Of a stretch of 64,000 nucleotides of DNA, positions 1-10,928 are shown one piece after another. The stretch's first letter is position 1, and each line of letters starts with the position of its first letter. Below the pieces are notes generated by a model. That model searched no databases. It saw only the letters and a list, made by a program, of their open reading frames with translations, and was not told the origin of the DNA. Source of the stretch: Saccostrea echinata. Taxonomy: Eukaryota. Made by a program: the position numbers and the translations under genes. The stretch is from assembly GCF_033153115.1 (NCBI RefSeq), contig NW_026889783.1, positions 434,001 through 498,000 on the forward strand. The letters are read 5' to 3'.

Positions 1-169
1 TCAAACTTTTTTTTAGATAGCTTTTACATATACCTTAGACTCAGATTTACTCTCAGACTTGAAATCCACAATATTTAAAGTTTTACATAGTTTACAGTAT
101 TGTGAGGTCTACTTCTTGAATTATTCAGTAACATGATAAATACTGATTTACCAGCATTGTTTTTTTCAG

Positions 170-1107
170 TAATGTTATGGACAGATTCTACTCCCTCTCC
201 TACCTCTGGTACAGTGCCACGGCGATGATTGTGGTGATAGCAGTCGGAATGCTAGTCAGTGCAATCACAGGTAAAATATGAACAATGAACAATAGAAAAC
301 ATGTTGTACATTTAAACTGAAAAAAAAACTATAAGTAATTAGTACATTATAAAAGTTTTTAATGTTGGTACATTGCACATACTACATGTATTTATCCATC
401 TAGAATAAAGATTCTGCAGTGACCTTTAGTCTTTTTTGCTTGTTGATGACATGTCAGTGACTTTTACAGGATTAGAAAAGCCAAGTGAGATGGACCCTAA
501 GCTTTTCTGCCCAATATTTGATGTATTCTGTCCATTTTTACCAGAGAAAATCAGGAAACCCCTCAGATTTGGAGTACGATATGATGAGGTATATCTTTTA
601 GTTCTATGTGTACCCATGGCATATGTACTAAACCACACAAAAACCATACAACTGATATAGCAACCACATAAATCTCTTATTTGGAATTTACATCAGCAAT
701 GATTTCCATTACATTATATTTACAAAACATTTTCTTGGGTAATGGAAATCTGTGTGGTTGACAAAAAAAATGGTTCTTGTTTTAAATTTAATCAACTATA
801 TCTCAAGATTCCTAGGTTGGCCTTTTCATGGTGCTTACAATACTTTTAAGCTGTCGTGAATTCAAGAGAGAAAATTCAGGAAGTATTAAATTTATCCATA
901 CTTTAAACATGTTCAAATAAACCTTGTAAAATCACTTAAAACATATGTTGTTATACACCTGAATTGTTTCACTCCTAGATAAAACAGTGTGGAGACTTGG
1001 AATTAAAGTTTCAAGATGGTATAGAAGAAAAGGAGGAGGGATCTCCATTACAGCAAAAGGTTGTAGCAGAGGTCAATGGAGAAAATGCCAAGACAGCCAT
1101 GTTGTGA
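170..1107 (+). CDS. 3' end of an SLC5-family sodium-solute symporter (SLC5A8/SMCT- or SMVT-like); exons 170-270, 470-588, 979-1107
   Basis: AG/GT-bounded exons join in frame: NVMDRFYSLSYLWYSATAMIVVIAVGMLVSAITG-LEKPSEMDPKLFCPIFDVFCPFLP...-IKQCGD...KTAML*. FYSLSYLWYS plus a final TM helix and DPKL resembles the SLC5A5/6/8/12 C-terminus. AATAAA near 1289. The gene starts upstream of the window. Confidence 0.85.
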
Positions 1108-1995
1108 TGAAGGGCTGGAGGCGTGTCCTCATCTACTTGTAACGGCCATTGTGACCAAACTAGAACAAAACTAGCAAATGTATCGTAGATCTTGTGTTCA
1201 TCACTTATATTTTTTTTTTCATTTTTTATCCCAAACATCCACTGAATCACATTGTAGTTACAGGTTAACGTACAGTATGTGGTTTAAGAATAAATAACAA
1301 AAAAAAAAAAATTTTCTTCAAGAATTTAAATATCTTTGCTTAATTAGGAGCCTCTCTAACTAATGAAGTGATATTTGTTTAGTTGAACAAATTTATGTTT
1401 GACCATGCTAAAAAATTTGGTGAAAAAAGGGGAAAAAGTAACTTTACAGCTAAGAGTAATTTTTGAAAATTAAAGAAATACATGTATATGAAGTTTTGTT
1501 ACTGAAAAGTTTCTAGGAACATTTTGTAGAGTCTATTTTTACATTTTACATAATTAAAATTTTCTTATTAGATTTTGATTGAAAGAAATGATGAAAAAAT
1601 AGCAATACAACTCTTCTGTATGGGAGATAAGAAAATTTGTTTGTGGTATTATCTTTACTGTGCTCGTTTATCTGCAGGTTGTTTGATGCTTCATTGTACC
1701 ATACCATAGTCTTGTACAAATTATACAGAAAAAAAAATTTATATTAATACATACACAATGACATCATATTGTCAAGAAATACTCATGGATAATCTTTACT
1801 CAAGACATGTGCCAGTTCTATTCTCTACTCTCCCTAAATGTTTGATCTGTATAACAATGTTTTGTGAAATAAGATTTCAACATGAATTTAGTACATTTTG
1901 TCAGACAATCAGTGTCAATAAAACAAAAACTGTAGAGCAGTTCATAATGGTTTGGTTTGAATTTGTTTCGGATTTTATTAATGTTTGTGTAGAAC

Positions 1996-2035
1996 TTTTG
2001 GCTCACCTGGCCCTGAGAGCCAGGTGAGCTAATAC
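1996..2035 (+). mobile_element. 5' box of a Helentron-like non-autonomous element (HINE)
   Basis: TTTT-GGCTCACCTGG-ccctgagag-CCAGGTGAGC hairpin; the same GCTCACCTG/CAGGTGAGC motif recurs across the window. Confidence 0.6.
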
Positions 2036-2314
2036 CATCACTTAGCATCTGTTGTCAGTGTCATCTTTGTTGAAACAAGGCCACCATTTGTGTAGATAAA
2101 ACATAAGGATTCTAAGAAGTTTTTTGCTAATAATGCGAAAATAAATATCAAAAGCAGATAGGCAAAATCTGAGGGGTGAAAATAATCAGAATGGCAAGAT
2201 CTAGTTACTTAGCAAATTTCATAAAAGTCTGTGCAGCAATGTTGAAGCTGCGGCTCCTGTAATTTCAAATTCTTCTCATATCGGCAGGTTTTGACTACCA
2301 TCTTGAAAACTATC

Positions 2315-2765
2315 AACACAGGTCTATAAACTGTACGTAACCCACAGGTGTTCTATCCATTCAGTAACTCAAAAAGTTTTCCGTCCACACAGTAACCCAC
2401 AGGTCTTTTATCCATACAAACGCCCATATGTCTACTATCCCATTCAGTAACCCACAGGTCTTATATCCATATAGTTGCCCACAAGTCTAATATCCATAAG
2501 TTAACCCACAGGTCTGGAATCCACACAGTACTCTACAGGTGTTCGATCCATTTAGTTACCAAAAGGGCTTCTGCACACCCCCACCATAAAGTTACCTTCA
2601 TGCCTTTTAGTTACCCATACAACCTCTTTTTCATAGAGTAACCCAAGGGTCTACTATCCATACAGTAACCCAAAGGTCTTTTATCCATACAGTAACCCAA
2701 AGGTCTTCTATCCACGAGTTACTAACAAGACAACACTAAACTACCTTTCAGTAACACAGAAGGAC
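2315..2765. repeat. Degenerate ~27-bp minisatellite (CAGTAACCCACAGGTCTTCTATCCATA), ~15 copies
   Basis: Recurrent agtaaccca(c/a)aggtct..tatccat, e.g. 2663 and 2690 (27-bp spacing). Confidence 0.8.
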
Positions 2766-3735
2766 CTTTACAAACTGTCGCAATAACCCAAGTGAAAATA
2801 GATAGTAAATCCTTGGGTTGCCAATAATGACATAAGAAAGACTGGATATGAACTTCCTGATGTGTATGCATCGCTAGATGTAATTCACATTTATGAGCAA
2901 TATTTTCTTAGAAAGTGCCATTTTATAATTGACTGAAAAACAAAATAATGTTGATATAGTACTGTGGTAACTACAAACATATTATTCATATACATTTAGT
3001 GCCATTTTATAATTGGCTAAAAAACAAAATAATGTTCATATAGCACTGTGGTAACTACACAAATATCTTCCATATACACTTACATTTTGAAATGAAATAA
3101 TGTACACATACATGTATATCAGTTTTAATCAAAAAAAAAATTATATACTGTATATCTCTTACTGCAATTTTTAAGATTGTATTCAAAAATAAAAAAAAAA
3201 ATTGACAAAACCCAGTTCCCCAAAATATATCAATTAATACCATATATTGCTCTTGATAATAATGTGTACAAAGTATGAGATTCATAAAATAAAATTTTCA
3301 TATTTTCATTATCAGTATTGCAGTTTGCTACAAGATAAATTCCATTTTCTTATAAGTTGCATACATAAATGACATGAGTATTGAAATGCACATGATTGAA
3401 ACAAGCTCTTTCCTTTGTATCGTAAGCCAACTGTTTTATCATAGTAAACCAGAGGATATTTTTTTTCTTCTAATAATGACCATTTCAGCTTTCTTTTTTT
3501 AATGACATTTAAATTTTTCTAAGTTCAGGAATGTTTTACAATGAAGGACACAGGAGATTTGTTAGTTTTACCAGAAGAAAGTTTGTTGGACTTGACATGT
3601 TGTGTCCATTTATCTCTAGTTCTCGCCTCTTAGTCTATTCCTTTTCCTGTTTCTTTATCTGATATTAACTTTCTCAGTAACTACTGTAGTTTGTTTTCTG
3701 CTGCCAGACACAGACTACATGTACATCCTTTAATG

Positions 3736-6700
3736 TTAGAGCTCTATGTGCTGCTTTAATGCCTTGTTGATTCGGTACTTTAGGTCCGTGTGATATTTCT
3801 CAACCTGTATACAACAAAACCGAATCAGTCTTTATAACATTTTGAAACTTTCTTTCCCATTTCATTATTCATTCAACTGTTTAAATTAATTTGCTAAAAT
3901 GTTAATTTCATGTTTTATTCTCCATATTTCATTTATTCTGCCACAAAAATAAAAGTGCTCTAAAAACACAGCTGTATACTAAACATTCCAAAAACTGCAT
4001 TTTCAATCTTTTTTTTCCTATTAATCAAGGAGGTTCATTTCAAACAAAATGTATAAACCTTCCTTCCATAATCTCGAGCCATCTGTTCCAGCTTGGCATG
4101 CTTATCTGGAACTTCCCCATCTTTATAATTGAGTTTTAATGCTTCATCAGAAATTCTTAACTGATCCTGGTAGTATTCATGCTTTTGTAGCCTGTGTTCA
4201 AAATGCTGAAGTTCTGTCTAAAAATTAGGGCAAAGAATTCAAGATGACAAATCAAGGTAAAACATTCTAGTCACTCATATGCACATATTTTAACACATCT
4301 GAATTTATGTACCAGGGGTATTACAAATTAATTATCCACATTGTGTGGTTACCTGAATCAGCCAAATAAAAAGTTTTTCCAATATGGAATATGAATATAA
4401 TGAGTGTACCTTGATGGATTCTAGTTCAGTTGGTGACATTCTAGCTCTCTGGGCAAGTGCCCACAGCTCATACACTCGTGGATCCTGGAAAGATTTGTCT
4501 GGAACATTAACTCCTGCAGCCATCGACTCTAGTTTGTCATACTCCGTCTTCAAATCCTTGTACATTGTTTTCAACTCCAGCTTCTTGTTTTTCTTCACCC
4601 TGTTTTGTTCCACATCAATCAAATTATCCTCATAATCTAAACAATTGAAAAATATAAACATATACATGTATAAGAAACTAAGAATTAAGGCCACAGTCTT
4701 CCATAATAAGTTATATGACTGAAACTTGCACTTGCAAATAAAATACAGTCAAACCTGTTATCTTGAACTTGAAAGGGCTAGGAAAAAACCTACGGTATAT
4801 CCAAGATTTTGAGATATTGTAGGTAAAATGCACAACAAAATTTTACAGAAAATTTGGTTTGGACTTCCAAATCATTTTGACATATCCATGGTATTCTTGA
4901 TATCGATGTTCAAGATACCCAAGTTCAACTGTATTGAGTATTTGTAATTGCTTTGTGTTAATAATTAAGAAAGAAGTCCTGTAATTTGGAATGAAAGTTA
5001 ATATTATAATACATTTACCATCCCTGAGATTAAAGTTTTCCTGTAGAGAGTTGTATTCATCCACCTTCATCTGATGGTGTAAAAATTCCTCCTTCAATTT
5101 CTCCAATTCTGATTCTGAAATGGCATTTTTACATAATGTACACAAATATACATTATAAACTGACATAAAGAAAGATAAGCATGTAGTATGGACATACATG
5201 TTATTTCAATTGACAACAAAATGAGTACCGAAACATTCTGCTGGATTTAATTTATGAAGGTCATAAAACAAAGACATGTATGGTAAAAACTTGCAATATA
5301 CATGACACATTACAAAGTGTATTAATTATCTTGAAAATAGATGTATTTTTACCTGAGAATCCAGCAAATTCTGCTTTCTTCCATAGCTTCTGAAGCTTTT
5401 TGTCTCGAAGTTGATGATCAAATGTTTCTGGTATTTCATTACTTATATCTTGTGGCTTTGGCATAGATACTACATTTTTCATGTTGTATTTCTCCAAAAG
5501 ATCTGCAGAATTAAGATTTTTTTCTATACAATCCAAAATTGTTATCTTTACTGTCTACATTGACACCACTTTTAATAAAAATATTGTTTTCCTATTCTTT
5601 CCAAAAACTCATGCTTAATCGATATATGTAAATGTTCAGAATTCATATCTAATTACAAAATCTCACCCATTAACCTCTGTCTAACTTCTGCCTCTTTCAT
5701 GCCATCTTTATCCATATCCTCGGCTTTCAACTTTTTAAGTTCTATTTCTACTTTGTCTTGAATTTTCAAATCTGCATAAAGATCAGCTAACTTTGGTCCT
5801 GAATGGAGCTTAAAGAATCAGAAATAATAAGTCGATGAATACAATTACTTGAACATTAGTCTTCATTCTACCACAATATATACAACAAAGAGATCATATA
5901 AACTTTGACCTAAAAACAAGAGGAACAAATGCTAGTTCAACATGTTACTGGCATTTTGCACTGCTTTATTTACCAGGTATGTACATATTTTTTAAAAATT
6001 CATAATAAAGTACTCATATATGACCAATGTAACTCTCATTAAGACATGTCATTTGACCACTTTGTGTGAATGTAAAATTCTATATCAGACTCTATAATAT
6101 ATTTTGTTGGCAAGAGGCCCATGCGCCATGATGCTCACCTGAGTCACTTTGGTCTTATTGTTCTTCATCAGAAGATTTTTAAAGATTTTTCCCTCTTTGA
6201 TCCCTTAAATTTTGTGGCTTTAAGCTAATACCATGAGGGTTATGATTTAACCTAACTTGAATTCATACTTATATGGGGATGCCCATAATATCAATAAACA
6301 AGGGGTGTCCCAAAATTCCAAAGTCTGAGCTCATATGTTTTGCAAAAATTCATGTATCTTTAAATAATTTTCTAGGTGTACCATATACACTCCCCTATAA
6401 GTCCGTTTTTTGGGAGTTAAACTTTGGTCAAAAACTCTATGTCCGACTTATAGGCAAGTTATAAAAAGATTGGTATTTTAGAGGGTCAAGCCCTCTAATA
6501 GAAAGCTTAAAAAATACAACCGACTTTATAGGCGGACCGACTTATATGCGAGTATATACGGCTGTCCTACCAGCACAATCTCCGACATCAAAAACGAATC
6601 TTTAACATTACTAGTTTGGAAAATACACTATTTGTCATGAGACAGGATATTTTGATATTTTCATGAGTGCAAAGCACTCGTGAAAGTATTAAAAAAATCC

Positions 6701-9700
6701 TGTCCCACTGGTGAAAGAAATTCCATATTCATCTACTACACATTGAATATCCTCTATTTATATTTTCTTTGAACCCATAGATTTTATACTGTTTTTACAA
6801 CTATACAGTTTATTGCATTTTGCTTGTACAGTTGCAAAAGAGGCCATTTCTGCTTGTTTGACTATGATTTCTAACTCCCAAGTTTTTTTTTGTTTTTGCT
6901 CAGTATTCACTGTCAAGCGTTAGTTTGTCTATGCTGTCAATCAGTTTTTCTATTTTGTGTATATACATAAGATCTTTCTTTTCTGCTTCTTTCTTGTACT
7001 CTTCTACTATTTCTTTCACAATGCTTTTTATGAGAGATTTAATTTAGGTCATCTGCTTTTATTATTATGTTTTCTTGATGGTCGCTAATTTCTTGTAGAT
7101 CTTTTTTAATTATAGCCCATTTATCACCTTGGGCTTGCTCTGCTCTTTCTAGCACTTTTTTCCATTTTATCAGTTTTATCTTTGTTTTTTACCATTTGCC
7201 TTGTGTTTGCCATTTACACAATATAACAAGAAGCAGTTCACAATGTAGAATACTTATGAGATTTCAATATTTTAATCCACAAAAGCACTGTTTTCTGCCT
7301 TTACAATTTTCACTAATAACATTAAGCAACACTTTTAATTCCTGTCACATAGATTTTTCAAGAACAACTACAACTAATAAGACCTTAAATATGTCAAGTT
7401 CTCTCCTCATTATTACCTTGTGTCAACACAAGTGGAATGACTTCTCCTTTTTCATTAATTTTATTTAATACTTTTCACCTCTTTTTCATTACTCCTTTGA
7501 AAAGGGTATCACTCTTCATTTGAACGATGTGAATCCCCTCCACCCAAGAATACTTTGTGGCAAGTTTGGTTTAAACTGTCCCAGTCGTTATAGAGAAGAA
7601 ATTGAACATGTGAAATATTAACAGACGACATGCCACATGCTACTTATAACTACCTAGGTATTTAAACCTACTCCAGGTAGCTATTTTTACCTACTTTTTG
7701 CTTTATTTGCATTTTGTGGCCAAACCCACGAACAGCGCAATATGGTAACCACCAAATTTCTTAATACAGTCACACTGATGATGAATACGACAAAAAATTT
7801 GGAAAAAATGATTACTTTCTAACTTATCAATTTTGCATAAAAACAACATCCAGTTTCATTTTCTGGTAGCTAAGGATCATAAAGTCTAAAATTACAAACC
7901 TGTATCAATTTTTAAGCTAATCTTCATGCAATCTTAGACAAAAAAATTTTGGGGATGATTTTTCATGCCCTTCCTGTCCAATTTCCGCCCTCAAAAAAGT
8001 TTACAAAATAATAATAATCTTTATTTAGGAATAGGCATTATGCAATGTACATGAACATTGAGGTGTGAGTATTATATACATATAAAACTTAATTAGACAT
8101 GATTTAAGAGATGATTTTAAAACGAATTAACTAATAAATCTTATTTTGCATATAAATCAACTAAATATATTATATTATATATATGCCTAAACCCAAGGAT
8201 AGCCCATGAAAGCCAGTATGGCTTATTTCAAATGGGGTCCTTTTACATGTAACAAAATTACTGGCATATGACATATATAATATACTTAATATAAACAATA
8301 CATAATATACTTACTATAAACAAAATGGCTTAAAATTTCAATCATACTTAATATGCAAAAGCCTCTAAGAACAGTTTGGTTATAAATCTAATACATGTAG
8401 TATAAAAAGTCTTCTTTGGACATTTTCATAAGTTTTTCCATAAAATGCTTTTTGACCTCTTTTTTGAATTTTGATTTATTGGTTATTGTTTTAATCTGAT
8501 CAGGTAGAGAATTCAAATCTTTAATTCTATTGTAAAAAAAGTTTCACTTTCCATTTTTGAACCCTTGGCACAAAAAAATTAAATTTACTTGACCTTGTAC
8601 AATTTGTAGAAACATTTCGCTTAAAATTGCTGTACATATAATTTGGACCTTTATTATGATATATATTGTAGACATGGTTGAGGCTTAATTGACAAACTCT
8701 ATTTCTGATATTCAAAAAACCCAATTTTTCAAATTCATTAACACTGACTCTTGATCTAGGTGAAACATCAAGAATAAATCTAATAATCTTGTTCTGTGAA
8801 ACCTGAAGTCTTTTTTTTTAATTTTACAGATAGTCTTTCATACCAACAAGTGATAGCATAATCGATGTGACATTGAATTAAAGCAGTGCACAAAGATTTT
8901 CTTGATTGCATTGACAAACATGATTTTTGCCAATATAAAAATTTAAGTTGTTGGTTTGTTTTGCTAATAATACTTTCTACAATTTTCTCACCAGATAGTA
9001 TGTTGTCTTAAAAAAACCCTCCTAAATATTTAACACAATTTTTACATTCAATTTTGATTCCATCACATACTACTGAAAAGGTGTTCATATCATATGACTT
9101 AAATTTTCTTGGAGGTCCAAATAAAATACTTTCTGTCTTTCCTAAAAGTAGAGAAAGTTTATTATCAACTAACCAGTGCTTACATTCCTCTAAAATCTCA
9201 GATAGTTTTTTATACTAATGACTTCTGGATTGGTGTGTGAAAAAAGAATAGCTGTATCATCTGCATATATATATAAAAGAACTTTGCATTCAGAATCATT
9301 ACTGACACTGAGGTCATTTACATACAATAAAAATAAAAGAGGCCCAAGTATACTGCCTTGAGGTACCCCACACGAAATATAATTGACATCTGAAAAAGTG
9401 TTGTTAACATTTATCATTTGTTTTCTACTGGATAAGTAAGATTTAAACCATCCAACCGATTTTACACCAATGACTTGGATAATTGACAATGACAAATTAA
9501 CACACTGAATTTTTTCTGTGCAAGTGCACAAGTAGTCCGAAATATCTGACGTTTTCCAGGCTTTTTTCACGATTTTGATATTTTACGTGCCAGGAAAACA
9601 TCAGAACCGGCGCCATTAGGAAAACTGGGAATTCGCCGCCTCCAACCAGAGGCGGCATTCTCGGGTTGATTTTCAATCCTTGCAAAGCGAATGAAATGTC

Positions 9701-10524
9701 AAACTCACAATTTATCAATAGTACAATGCTTTTAGTACTCACCAACATCGTTTTTATGGTTTGTTTATAAATTATATAATCCGATGAAAACATTTTATCT
9801 GACTGTCGAGATTTGTTTTCATTTCGTGCATTTTAAAAATCTTTCTTCAAGTCCTGCATCGAAATGATGAGTGATGTTTTCTTTTCTTCGATATTGGTGA
9901 GTACTAGAAGCATTGTGCTATTGATAAATTGTAAAAACGGCATTTAATTCGGTTCCCAGGTATCAAAAATCAACTCCGATTGGAGACGGCGAAATTTCCA
10001 GTTTTCGTAATGGCGCCGGTTCTGACGTTTTCCTGGCACGTAAAATATCAAAATAGTAAAAAAGCCAGGAAAACGTCAGATATTTCGGACTAGTGCACAA
10101 GATGATAAACAATAAGTTTGACCTGTTTTAAAGATGCGCTGTAATTATTATCTAATTTTATTTTCAAAGACAGGTAAAAGTAGGTAGAAGTGAGCTTCTT
10201 CAAGTAGGTTTAAATACCTAGGTAGCTATTAATAGCTACGTAGGTAGAAATAGTCCTTTGGGCTGGACCTGATAAAAAGCCACTCTCTGACCCATCAAAA
10301 ATTGTAACAATACTAACCCTTAGAATCAACTTAACAATATATGAATGCAATTGAAAAAAAAAATTAATGGGAACTCAAACAAAACAAACCTTCTGTGCTT
10401 TTTCCCATATCTGATTCACTTTGAGTGTCCTAAAGGGTCGTTCTCCATCCAATGTTTTTACATATACGTATAGTAAAAACAATAAGAACAAACTTTCTGG
10501 CTTTATGTTTATCAGTTTTAACAT
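3736..10524 (-). CDS. LRPAP1: Alpha-2-macroglobulin receptor-associated protein (RAP), ~325 aa, 7 exons: 10524-10390, 5808-5667, 5502-5353, 5114-5019, 4636-4410, 4217-4059, 3804-3736
   Basis: Signal-peptide-like N-terminus, then RPFRTLKVNQIWEKAQK, LADLYADLKIQDK, DKDGMKEA, KLQKLWKKAEFAGFS, ELEKLKEEFLHHQMKVDEY, FQDPRVYELWALAQ; ends in HIEL* (KDEL-type retention signal). Exons sum to 978 nt with GT-AG junctions. Confidence 0.93.
4744..4934. mobile_element. Tc1/mariner(pogo)-type MITE with TA flanks
   Basis: TA|CAGTCAAACCTGTTATCTTGAAC ... GTTCAAGATACCCAAGTTCAACTG|TA; a related copy lies at 25238-25419. Confidence 0.65.
6379..6562. mobile_element. pogo/Tigger-like MITE
   Basis: Imperfect TIRs CCATATACACTCCCCTATAAGTC / GACTTATATGCGAGTATATACGG. 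Confidence 0.5.
8005..9490 (-). mobile_element. 5'-truncated, degenerate CR1/L2-clade non-LTR retrotransposon (RT C-terminal half plus 3' tail)
   Basis: WFKSYLSSRKQ...CGVPQGSILGPLLFLLYVNDL...YADDT in ORF 9190-9570; frameshifted downstream pieces (8527-8724); ends AATAAAG(ATT)n near 8008-8027. Confidence 0.88.
9533..10092. mobile_element. 560-bp non-autonomous DNA transposon with ~200-bp imperfect TIRs and a 9-bp TSD
   Basis: TAGTCCGAAATATCTGACGTTTTCC ... GGAAAACGTCAGATATTTCGGACTA flanked by GTGCACAAG at 9524-9532 and 10093-10101. Confidence 0.9.
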
Positions 10525-10928
10525 CTTTCTTGCTGAACTTTCCTGTTTATCATTTAAGACACGTGTACGTTACTGTATGTTGTGAGCATGACTCCAACAA
10601 ACAGAAAGTAGAAAAAGTAAGACGATATTGATCCCGAATTTAAAAATAAATTTTGTTACAACTTTTGTGTTGACGCTAATCTTTGGTAAAGCATTTTACT
10701 GTGAAAAGATCGAAAAGATAGTACATGTATTAGTTTTACAAATGAAATGTTTTATGAACAATTTTCCTTTTTTATTTTTATTATTATTTTTTCCCCAAAG
10801 AAATCGGGTTCGAAATGAGGAACAACAACGGGAATTCCCAACCAAAGCCAAAGCCGAAGGACAAGAACATAAAAAGATGTTAAGTTCACTTGTGGGATTT
10901 TAAAGACAAACCATTGATACGAAACATT
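10525..10928. promoter_or_regulatory. Probable bidirectional promoter / 5' UTRs shared by LRPAP1 and FADD; contains a kB site and an E-box
   Basis: Only 404 bp between the divergent ATGs; GGGAATTCCC at 10830-10839; CACGTG at 10560-10565. Confidence 0.65.

Larger units (their letters stand above)
7640..10240. mobile_element. TIR element hosting a LINE fragment and a MITE
   Basis: Perfect 23-bp inverted repeat CTACCTAGGTATTTAAACCTACT (7650-7672) / AGTAGGTTTAAATACCTAGGTAG (10203-10225). Confidence 0.55.
6112..10290 (-). mobile_element. Degenerate Helentron-like element in LRPAP1 intron 1, split by nested insertions
   Basis: 3' box AAGAGGCCCAT...GCTCACCTGAG at 6112, body segment 7490-7628, 5' remnant near 10260-10290; same motifs as the more intact copy at 49628-50779. 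Confidence 0.5.

Noticed and set aside
1096-1107. Class I PDZ-binding tail on the SLC5 protein
   Set aside because: TAML places Thr at -3 rather than -2, so it does not match S/T-x-L.
9190-9570. Intact reverse transcriptase gene
   Set aside because: 5'-truncated and frameshifted; the ORF start lies in the adjacent MITE.
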